A stretch of 64,000 bases of DNA from Bdellovibrionota bacterium (lineage in GTDB: Bacteria > Bdellovibrionota_C > UBA2361 > JAAYZI01), in contig JBMNIF010000002.1 of NCBI GenBank assembly GCA_050950765.1, forward strand, positions 544,001 to 608,000, read 5' to 3'. Below, piece after piece: positions 30,943 through 38,832 of the stretch. Position 1 is the stretch's first letter. Every line of letters starts with the position of its first letter. Made by a program: the position numbers and the translations under genes. The notes beneath the pieces are model-generated. The model saw only the letters and a program-made list of their open reading frames with translations. It did not search any database and had not been told where the DNA came from.

Positions 30943-31362
30943 ATGAACCTTCTTTTATTAGCTATGTCTTCAACTTTTATTTTAGTAGGTAGCGCGCTTT
31001 CTCAAAATAACTCGTACGATAAATACGGCAACAAAACAGGTTCTTATCACACGAACTCAAGTGGTGACATCACTTCCTATAATAAATACGGAAGTAAGAT
31101 CAAAACTTATAACAAAACTTCCGATGGCTATAATATCTACGATAAGTATGGGAGTAAAAGCGGAACACTCAGAAAAACAACAAACGGATATAACACTTAC
31201 GACAAATACGGTAGCAGAACAGGTAGCTTCAAAACAGATTCGAACGGTACTACTACACACTATGATAAATATGGAAATAAAACAGGCACTTTTAAAAAAG
31301 ATTCAACAGGTCGCATAACTCATTACGATAAATACGGACATAAAATTAAAAGCTATAAGTGA
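30943..31362 (+). CDS. Small secreted protein made of YDKYG repeats
   Basis: Signal peptide followed by six Y(D/N)KYG motifs spaced about 19-21 aa apart. Confidence 0.75.
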   Translation: MNLLLLAMSSTFILVGSALSQNNSYDKYGNKTGSYHTNSSGDITSYNKYGSKIKTYNKTSDGYNIYDKYGSKSGTLRKTTNGYNTYDKYGSRTGSFKTDSNGTTTHYDKYGNKTGTFKKDSTGRITHYDKYGHKIKSYK

Positions 31363-31488
31363 ATACCTTACGGCGTAAAGATATGCTTATGATAAAAAAG
31401 GGGTGGGTGCTGCTTAGGCTTTTTTTGAATAATTTTTTAGATAAGAATCCTGCACAATTGATTGATGCTAAATTTATGGAGTTTTATT

Positions 31489-32523
31489 ATGCATAAAAAA
31501 ATCGTTAGTTTATTTTCAGGAGCAGGTGGCTTGGATAAAGGCTTTGAAAAAGCCGGATTTGATATTGTATGGGCAAATGAATTTGATCCTACAATTTGGG
31601 AAACTTTTGAACACAACTTCCCTAACACCTATCTAGACAAAAGAAGCATACGGGATGTTCCGTCAAATGATATTCCGGAGTGTATTGGTATTATTGGTGG
31701 ACCTCCGTGTCAAAGTTGGTCGGAAGCCGGTTCATTACGAGGCATCAACGACTCAAGGGGACAACTCTTTTATGAATTCATAAGAACCTTAAGAGATAAA
31801 AAACCACTATTCTTTTTAGCTGAAAATGTTGAGGGGATGCTTGCACAAAGACATGCGCAAGCTTTAGCCAAGATAAAGTATCTGTTTAAAGAGTCAGGCT
31901 ATAATCTAAGTTTTAAATTGATTAATGCAAATAATTACAACGTCCCTCAAGATAGGAAGCGTGTAATTTTTATAGGATATAGAGATGATTTAAATTTAAC
32001 TTTTGAATTTCCAAAAGAATCTAACTACAAACCTGTTCTGCAAGATGCCATTTGGGATTTAAAAGATTCAGCGATACCAGCGAAAGAAAAGAATTACACG
32101 AATGGAACAAAATGTATTGTTCCTAATCATGAATATATGATCGGTGGATTTTCAACGATATATATGTCAAGAAACCGAGTTAGGGCTTGGGATGAACCGT
32201 CTTTTACAATTCAAGCAGGCGGCAGGCACGCCCCCATACATCCACAAGCACCAAAGATGACATTCATTGAACAAAATAAACGTGAATTTGTAAAAGGAAA
32301 AGAGGACTTGTATCGTAGGCTATCGTTACGTGAATGTGCGAGAATTCAAACTTTCCCAGATGATTTTATCTTTAAATATGACAATCTGATAAATGGTTAC
32401 AAGATGGTTGGAAATGCTGTGCCTGTAAACATGGCGTACATTCTCGCAACTAAAATAATGCAAGATCTGTCAGCAATCTTAAATTTTGAAGATATACAGG
32501 AAAAGAGATCGGTTAATTTTTAA
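31489..32523 (+). CDS. C5 DNA cytosine methyltransferase, M.HaeIII-like (probably GGCC)
   Basis: [25 protein letters not shown], target-recognition region [22 protein letters not shown], and YKMVGNAV. The start is refined to the ATG after a GGAG RBS (ORF track: 31462). Confidence 0.92.
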   Translation: MHKKIVSLFSGAGGLDKGFEKAGFDIVWANEFDPTIWETFEHNFPNTYLDKRSIRDVPSNDIPECIGIIGGPPCQSWSEAGSLRGINDSRGQLFYEFIRTLRDKKPLFFLAENVEGMLAQRHAQALAKIKYLFKESGYNLSFKLINANNYNVPQDRKRVIFIGYRDDLNLTFEFPKESNYKPVLQDAIWDLKDSAIPAKEKNYTNGTKCIVPNHEYMIGGFSTIYMSRNRVRAWDEPSFTIQAGGRHAPIHPQAPKMTFIEQNKREFVKGKEDLYRRLSLRECARIQTFPDDFIFKYDNLINGYKMVGNAVPVNMAYILATKIMQDLSAILNFEDIQEKRSVNF

Positions 32524-33238
32524 TGGCTAAAACCTCTGCTCTTTGAGCGCCTTTTAGATCTCTAATGGCATAGAGGGTGATTGTTGAACTTACGCCCCGC
32601 TTTCTCAAATCCTTAACATATTGCAGAACCTTTTCTTGGTCGCCACGCAGCACATCCTTAAGACACCAACCTACCCCTTTTCGTACGAGATCCTCCTTGT
32701 CTTTAAGTAAGTTTTCACATAACGCCAAGGCAGGCTTAGTGAACTTACCACTCTCGCCACATTTACGAGTAAAAGCTACTACACTTGCTCGACGCTTCCA
32801 CATATTTTTAGACCTGTTCCAGTTGCTAATCAATTTCAAGACCTCTTGGGGATACCTATTAAGAAGGGGTTGTAATACATCGATGCAAAAATCATCAATA
32901 GTAGACCAACTATTAAAATAGTTTAAAGCTCTATCTAAAAAAGCTAAGTGATCTACGCCGAGAGAATCGATATTAGTTTGTAAGATAAAATTTCCTGCTA
33001 GAACTGTTTCCTCTACTCTATCACGATAAAAAAGAAGTGCTAACGCCACACTGTCTTTGCAAGAAAGCGCACTAATGCGGCGTTTGTATGATTTAAGAAT
33101 CCGGTCACGCACGGAGGTCTTCACACCGTAAGAACGATACCCGTCGTACTTATGATACCTTGCGCTATCTTGAGCTACTTTTTTATCAGCAGCACAAAGC
33201 AACTCATTCTTAATCTCTTGATATAAACTTTTTATCAC
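32513..33238 (-). CDS. DNA alkylation repair protein (AlkD family)
   Basis: [37 protein letters not shown]. Confidence 0.85.
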   Translation of the reverse strand: MIKSLYQEIKNELLCAADKKVAQDSARYHKYDGYRSYGVKTSVRDRILKSYKRRISALSCKDSVALALLFYRDRVEETVLAGNFILQTNIDSLGVDHLAFLDRALNYFNSWSTIDDFCIDVLQPLLNRYPQEVLKLISNWNRSKNMWKRRASVVAFTRKCGESGKFTKPALALCENLLKDKEDLVRKGVGWCLKDVLRGDQEKVLQYVKDLRKRGVSSTITLYAIRDLKGAQRAEVLAIKN

Positions 33239-33289
33239 TTTAGTTCCTTAGTGAGTCGGATAGTTGAATATCTTAGTCTGATCTAATGA

Positions 33290-33407
33290 TAGCAACGGAG
33301 TGATTATAACAGAACTTTTTTATCACCACCCTTGTAGCAACGGAGTGGTTACAACAGATCTTTTTTATCACCACCCTTGTAGCAACGGAGTGATTATAAC
33401 AGAACTT
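33290..33407. repeat. 45-bp tandem repeat x2.6
   Basis: AGCAACGGAGTG starts at 33291, 33336 and 33381. Confidence 0.9.
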
Positions 33408-33449
33408 GTCTTACCGACACCTACTTAATATCGATGCCAAAATAAAAGT

Positions 33450-33538
33450 TGGCGGAGAGAGGGGGATTCGAACCCCCGGTAGGGGTAACCTACACACGCT
33501 TTCCAAGCGTGCGCCTTCAGCCACTCGGCCATCTCTCC
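33450..33538 (-). tRNA. tRNA-Ser(GGA)
   Basis: Anticodon arm CACGC-TTGGAAA-GCGTG, long variable arm, GTTCGAATC, encoded CCA. Confidence 0.95.
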
Positions 33539-33622
33539 ATTAAGACGGTAACGGTGCAACTCTATCGACGAGCACCTTTTTTAAAAACAGATAAAAAACC
33601 ATCTTTCAAGGTGTAAAGAGAA

Positions 33623-33709
33623 CGGAGAGGAAGAGATTCGAACTCTCGGTACAGTTTCCCGTACACACACTTAGCAGGCGTGCGCCTTCAGCCACTCGGC
33701 CACCTCTCC
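33623..33709 (-). tRNA. tRNA-Ser(GCT)
   Basis: Anticodon arm CACGC-CTGCTAA-GTGTG, long variable arm, no encoded CCA. Confidence 0.95.
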
Positions 33710-33813
33710 AAATCAGAATACCTTTCTCTCAAAAAAGGCTCTTCTTGGTTTTTATCACTTTTTTATAGCATAAAAAATAATATGTTTAATAATATCAATT
33801 GATAAACAACAAT

Positions 33814-33900
33814 CGGTGGGAAAGGGATTCGAACCCCCGGACCCCTTTCGAGATCTCTGGTTTTCAAGACCAGCGCCTTCAACCACTCGGCCATCCCACC
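33814..33900 (-). tRNA. tRNA-Ser(TGA)
   Basis: Anticodon arm CTGGT-CTTGAAA-ACCAG, long variable arm, no encoded CCA. Confidence 0.95.
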
Positions 33901-34181
33901 ATATTTTAAACGCTATAAGGTGCGTAGAGTAGGCAGAAACGGTAAAAATGGCAAGTCTCTAAACGCTTTTTCCTAATATAGTTATAAGTTTTAGTTAAAG
34001 CTTTTAATTCACTAGCTAGAATAAAAATCGCACGCGGCTCTAAACGCTTTTTCCTAATACTCCTAACTACTTTTCAAAAGAGATCACCTTTAAAGCATCT
34101 ACTTTGTAACGTTTTTTATGCTCTAAAATATTTCTTCAAAAGACTCCCAAAAAATCTTCCTTTGTGTAAAAATGCGCTTGT

Positions 34182-34258
<77 letters not shown>

Positions 34259-34304
34259 CTTCTTACACCTCTTTCTTTTTCTTTTCATCTTGAGTTAACT
34301 CATT

Positions 34305-34775
34305 GTGATAACTAAAAAAACTCCTGATTTTTTAGATATGCTTATGCAGGAAGCTCTGCAGGAGGCTCGTATGGCCATGCAAGCAGGGGATGTTCCGATA
34401 GGGGCTGTCATAGCGCTAAAAGGAGAGATTATTGCGCGCGCGCATAATGAGATAGAGCGTTTAAAAGATGCTACAAAACACGCCGAGCTAACAGCTATTC
34501 AACGTGCTTCGCAAGTTTTAGGAGATTGGCGGCTTTCTGAAACAACTCTGTGCGTTACCTTAGAGCCGTGTCCGATGTGTGCCGGAGCTATTAGACAGGC
34601 ACGGATCGGAACAGTTGTTTTTGCTGCTCACGATGAAAAACGGGGAGCGCTGGGATCTCTCTTTGATCTCTCTCTGGATAAACGCTTAGGAGCACTTCCC
34701 CGTGTTATTAGTGGCATCAGAAGTGCTGAAGCAATAACGTTGTTACAAGATTTTTTTAAAAATCACAGATCTTAA
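34305..34775 (+). CDS. tadA: tRNA adenosine(34) deaminase
   Basis: HAE and TLEPCPMC motifs, plus DVPIGAV. Confidence 0.92.
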   Translation: MITKKTPDFLDMLMQEALQEARMAMQAGDVPIGAVIALKGEIIARAHNEIERLKDATKHAELTAIQRASQVLGDWRLSETTLCVTLEPCPMCAGAIRQARIGTVVFAAHDEKRGALGSLFDLSLDKRLGALPRVISGIRSAEAITLLQDFFKNHRS

Positions 34776-34777
34776 CT

Positions 34778-35065
34778 TTAAATGCCGAGCTCTTTAATAA
34801 AGGCGACTGAGATCTCTTCAGAGGTCGGGCGATACGCTCCGCTTTCAATCTGAGACGAGATGCGCTCTATCTTAGCTCGACGTTGAGCCTGCTCGCTTTC
34901 TTCGGCTTTACTATTATAAAGTGAAGAGTCTACCGTGACAGCATCATCATTAGCAAAAGATGCTACCTTGTTTGTATCTGTCTGAATTTTTTTTGGTCCT
35001 GAATATAATTGATGGGCAGGATTTCCCAATGCTGTAATAAGTCTGTCTAATTTTTCTGTTCGCAT
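34778..35065 (-). CDS. flgM: Anti-sigma-28 factor FlgM-like protein
   Basis: DAVTVDS followed by RRAKIERISSQIESGAYRPTSEEIS matches the FlgM C-terminal pattern. Confidence 0.7.
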   Translation of the reverse strand: MRTEKLDRLITALGNPAHQLYSGPKKIQTDTNKVASFANDDAVTVDSSLYNSKAEESEQAQRRAKIERISSQIESGAYRPTSEEISVAFIKELGI

Positions 35066-35203
35066 GATTTTACCTCATCCATGAATAGATAACTCCGAGT
35101 GGTACTGCATCAAAGAAACTGCGCTTCACAACTAGCCCCGTCCTTAGGCATTATAAAAATGCGTCTATACAATCCTGACGCAGAGAATCCATTCTAAGTT
35201 TAA

Positions 35204-35231
35204 TTGTCGTCCAAGCTACAAATATCCTTTA
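35204..35231 (-). promoter_or_regulatory. Putative sigma28 promoter of flgM
   Basis: TAAA-N16-GACGACAA (consensus TAAA-N15-GCCGATAA). Confidence 0.5.
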
Positions 35232-35334
35232 GTGGTTTTTTTAAATTTGTAAGAAAATTCCTAAAAAATATAAAATAGGTAACAAAATCAGGGTGTTGCA
35301 CTACGCATTTTTTACACTTTTTGCTATGGAGCGC

Positions 35335-35530
35335 CCTCTCTAAGAAGGTAAAAGGTAGTGACTGTGTGATTGATATTAGTGAGAATGTTTTTACCCCCTT
35401 TACTACAAAGCACTTCCTCTAAAAAAGTAAAAAGTAGTTACTGTGCGATTGATATTAGTGAGAATGTTTTTACTCCCTTTGTCACAAAGCACTTCCTCTA
35501 AAAAAGTAAAAAGGCATTTACTGTAATTGG
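35335..35530. repeat. 79-bp intergenic tandem repeat x~2.4
   Basis: GATTGATATTAGTGAGAATGTTTTTAC and CTTCCTCTAAAAAAGTAAAAAG recur at a 79-bp period. Confidence 0.9.
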
Positions 35531-35705
35531 TGTCAAAGAAAAATATTTTTAAAAAGTGTAAGAGATCTTACAGCAAATTAGAAAAAAATTTGAACGTAAC
35601 TTAAGAGCTAGCTATGGTTTATCACACTTATTAAAATTATCACCTTTACAAAGGTAAAAGATTTATTACGAACGTTGAGATTATCAGAGTAAGGTAAAAT
35701 TTATT

Positions 35706-36164
35706 ATGAACATTGAGATCTTTAGCTTTACAAAGGTAAAAGATTTAGTAGAGGCAGAGCTTCAATATCTTAAACGGCTACAAGGAGACCTATCGCTAAA
35801 GGTGACTGTACTTTCTCAATCAAAGATAAAAGCTACTCCTACTCTTATTCTTGCTGATGAAGCGAAAGAGCTACTCTCTCACTTAAGGCCGACGCAGTAC
35901 CTTATTATTCTGGATGAATACGGATCGCAGATGACTTCAAAAGGTTTTGCGGAGTTGTTGCAAAAGCATCGTAATCAATCAACAGGAGAGTTAGTGTTTG
36001 CTATCGGAGGACCTTACGGCTGGGATGATTCTATTAGAAAAAGGGCGAATGCTACCTTTTCACTATCGAAACTAACCTTCCCTGCGCACGTCGCTAAGTT
36101 TTTATTGATTGAACAACTTTATCGAGCGATGACTATTATTAACGGACATCCGTATCATAAATAA
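35706..36164 (+). CDS. rlmH: 23S rRNA pseudouridine-1915 methyltransferase
   Basis: SPOUT motifs LDEYG, FAIGGPYG, SLSKLTFPAH and EQLYRAMTI..GHPYHK. Confidence 0.93.
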   Translation: MNIEIFSFTKVKDLVEAELQYLKRLQGDLSLKVTVLSQSKIKATPTLILADEAKELLSHLRPTQYLIILDEYGSQMTSKGFAELLQKHRNQSTGELVFAIGGPYGWDDSIRKRANATFSLSKLTFPAHVAKFLLIEQLYRAMTIINGHPYHK

Positions 36165-36251
36165 GTCGCACTCTTTTTCAGTTGTCCTAAATTGACAACA
36201 GATAATAGGCTTTTATACTTTTAGAGACCTTTTATTAAATACTATTTTCTT

Positions 36252-37619
36252 ATGAAACAACCACAGAAGAGAGGAAAAAATTCTTCATGCTTGGAAGTTA
36301 GTACAGCAGCAGAGAGAACTTCTCCTAATAAGATCGCTGAACAGAAGAGGAAAAAAAATTCTCTCTGTTTGGGAGAACGTGTCCGCGTCCACTTTAAAGC
36401 GTTAGCGCACGGCGGCACCTGTATCGGAGACATTACGGAGGGGGCGGCTAAAGGTGTAAAGGTTTTTGCTGCGGGGGTAATTCCTGGAGAAGATGCAGTT
36501 ATCACTATTAAAGAGAATAGAGGTAATTTTTGTGAAGGAGAGTTATCTGAACTTTTAAGCACGGCACCAGCAAGGGTAACTCCCCCTTGCCCTTATTTTA
36601 CACAACCATTAAATGGGTGTGGTGGTTGCGATCTGCAACACATTGAGGTTAAAACTCAACGACAACTAAAACTCGCTTTAGTTCAAAATACGATCTTACA
36701 TCAAGGAGGAGCTTCGGCAAAGAATGGTGCTTCTGATGCTTCAGATGGACTTCCTCCTTTTCACTATCGTCACAGAGTTACGTTACACACTGATAGTAAC
36801 GGTAAGGTTGGCTTCTATAAGAAAAAAAGTGGAGAGTTAATTGAGATTGAACGGTGCTTACTTGTTACAGATGAGATCAATTTAGTTCTTCCTTTTGTTA
36901 AAGAGTTTGTAAAAAAACACCCTGCTTTAATAAGTGGAGTGGTGCTTGAGTTTCATGAAGGAGAGCACTTTTTATTATTAAAGATTGTAAAAGGTAAGGT
37001 GACGGCTTGGGATAGTTGGTTAACGGAGTTAAAACCACATTTTCACAGTATTAAACTTGAAAGTGATGGCGTTCAACTTTTTCAATATAAAAGAAGGGAT
37101 AACACCATCCCTTTTGGACATTTTTCTCAAGTTAATGAAGAAGCAAACGTGCGCTTGGTTAACCTTGTCTGTTCTGAGATAACGGGGAGTGTTATCACGG
37201 AGCTCTACGCCGGTGCTGGAAACTTTAGTATTCCGTTAGCTCAGATGGGAAAAAAGGTTACAGCGGTTGAACTAGATCCTGAATTAACAAAGTATGGCAC
37301 TCTTTTAGCATCTCAGAAAAATATCGCTCCTGAAGATCTGCACTTTATCAACTCTTCTGTTGAACGGTATTTAAAGAGAGCGTCACTTGCAGAAAGTGTT
37401 TTACTTGACCCACCACGTTCAGGTGCGCGCGTTGTAGCGGAAGTTTGTGACCCGACAAAGCAGAGAGAGATCGTGTATGTTAGTTGCAATCCAGCTACTT
37501 TAGCACGTGATATAAAAATCTTTACAACTAACGGTTTTATCTTACAAAAAATAATAACCTTAGATATGTTTTCACAAACTCAACACATTGAGACGGTCGC
37601 TTTACTTTCAAATAAATAA
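36252..37619 (+). CDS. 23S rRNA m5U methyltransferase, RlmD/TrmA family
   Basis: TRAM domain, CPYF...CGGCDLQH, FSQVN, ELYAGAGNF, LDPPRSG, YVSCNPATLARD. Confidence 0.88.
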   Translation: MKQPQKRGKNSSCLEVSTAAERTSPNKIAEQKRKKNSLCLGERVRVHFKALAHGGTCIGDITEGAAKGVKVFAAGVIPGEDAVITIKENRGNFCEGELSELLSTAPARVTPPCPYFTQPLNGCGGCDLQHIEVKTQRQLKLALVQNTILHQGGASAKNGASDASDGLPPFHYRHRVTLHTDSNGKVGFYKKKSGELIEIERCLLVTDEINLVLPFVKEFVKKHPALISGVVLEFHEGEHFLLLKIVKGKVTAWDSWLTELKPHFHSIKLESDGVQLFQYKRRDNTIPFGHFSQVNEEANVRLVNLVCSEITGSVITELYAGAGNFSIPLAQMGKKVTAVELDPELTKYGTLLASQKNIAPEDLHFINSSVERYLKRASLAESVLLDPPRSGARVVAEVCDPTKQREIVYVSCNPATLARDIKIFTTNGFILQKIITLDMFSQTQHIETVALLSNK

Positions 37620-37636
37620 TAACGAGGTGATATAGA

Positions 37637-38755
37637 GTGAACGAAGATCCGTTTAAGGAATATATCAAAGAATCCGAACCAACAAAAAGAGATAAAGGTT
37701 ACGCTTGGCATACAGCCATTGGTCTGCAGGCGATAGACGGACTAAAAACATCACAATATCTGGCGCATACTGCCGTTCGAAACATTGAAGGTGAGATCTC
37801 TTTTGAAGAGGTTAATACACTTTTGCACACCTACTATAAGGAAAACCCTACCCGTGATGCGACAGACCGCACTGAAGAAGCTGACAAGGTCTCAGCTCGA
37901 ATCGTTGCACTCCTTTCCGAACGTGCCTTCACCTTTACGCCTAATGAGTACCTTTCCATTCACAAAAAATTATTTACAGGTATTTATCCCCATGCTGGAC
38001 ACCTTCGGGATTACAACATCACAAAAAAAGAATGGGTCTTAAATGGTGCGACCGTACTTTACGGCAGCGCTGCAGAGCTGCGGGCAACACTGAATTACGA
38101 TTTTTCTAAAGAGAAAAAGTTCTCCTACAAGAATCTTTCGATGGATGAGATTATCCATCACCTTGCTGTATTTATCTCCAAGTTGTGGCAGATCCATGTC
38201 TTCGGTGAGGGCAACACCAGAGCGACAGCGGTCTTCTTCATCAAGTACCTGCGCACGCTAGGCTTTGATATGACAAATAACACTTTCGCCGAGAACGCAT
38301 GGTATTTTCGCAATTCACTGGTTAGAGCAAACTATAACGATCTTAAAAACGGCATTCATGAAACAACGGAGTACCTTGAATTGTTCCTGCGTAATCTCCT
38401 TTTGAATGAGAACCATCCACTGCATAACAGAACATTACATATCAGCGGAAAATTCAAAGAAGTAGAAAAAGTGAACATTGGACCTGAAAAAGCGAACATT
38501 GAAACACAAAAAGTGAACATTGAAACACAAAAAGTGAACATTGAAACTCTATTCACTGCAAAGACCGCTTCTCATATTCAGAAATTAAGAGAGACTTTAG
38601 GCGATAACAAAACATTTGGGAGGTCCGACCTTCAAAAAATACTTGGGTTAAAGTCAACAAGGAGTTCTGCACTGCTACGCGAAATGAGAGCACACGGAAT
38701 TATAGAGCCTGTCTACGGACACGGAAAAGGAAAGTATCGTTTTTCCAACTTCTAA
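37637..38755 (+). CDS. Fic family protein with C-terminal HTH
   Basis: Fic motif HVFGEGNTRA, N-terminal AIGLQAIDGL, and a GHGKGKYRF wHTH end. Confidence 0.88.
   Translation: MNEDPFKEYIKESEPTKRDKGYAWHTAIGLQAIDGLKTSQYLAHTAVRNIEGEISFEEVNTLLHTYYKENPTRDATDRTEEADKVSARIVALLSERAFTFTPNEYLSIHKKLFTGIYPHAGHLRDYNITKKEWVLNGATVLYGSAAELRATLNYDFSKEKKFSYKNLSMDEIIHHLAVFISKLWQIHVFGEGNTRATAVFFIKYLRTLGFDMTNNTFAENAWYFRNSLVRANYNDLKNGIHETTEYLELFLRNLLLNENHPLHNRTLHISGKFKEVEKVNIGPEKANIETQKVNIETQKVNIETLFTAKTASHIQKLRETLGDNKTFGRSDLQKILGLKSTRSSALLREMRAHGIIEPVYGHGKGKYRFSNF
38467..38548 (+). repeat. 21-bp (7-aa) coding repeat x~4 in the Fic linker
   Basis: KVNIGPE KANIETQ KVNIETQ KVNIET. Confidence 0.85.
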
Positions 38756-38767
38756 GTTGTTTAGAAG

Positions 38768-38797
38768 TTTTTTAAAAGCTGCCAAGCTTTTAAAAAA
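38768..38797. terminator. Inverted repeat between the convergent fic and topA genes
   Basis: TTTTTTAAAAGCT-GCCA-AGCTTTTAAAAAA. Confidence 0.5.
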
Positions 38798-38832
38798 GTG
38801 TCTGGGCTTATCTTAGGATAGTGCAACTTTTA

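Larger units (their letters stand above)
30806..33277. mobile_element. Three-gene islet bounded by a perfect 14-bp direct repeat
   Basis: TTGAATATCTTAGT at 30806-30819 and 33264-33277; no integrase inside. Confidence 0.5.

Noticed and set aside
33290..33407. Mini-CRISPR array
   Set aside because: The units are contiguous and the would-be spacers are identical; there are no cas genes. The same applies to the arrays at 3772, 35335 and 41745.
30806..33538. tRNA-Ser-targeted prophage or ICE
   Set aside because: I found no integrase or phage genes and no duplicated tRNA 3' end.
34305..34775. tadA as the Tad pilus ATPase
   Set aside because: Name collision: this is the tRNA deaminase (HAE/PCxxC), unrelated to the pilins.
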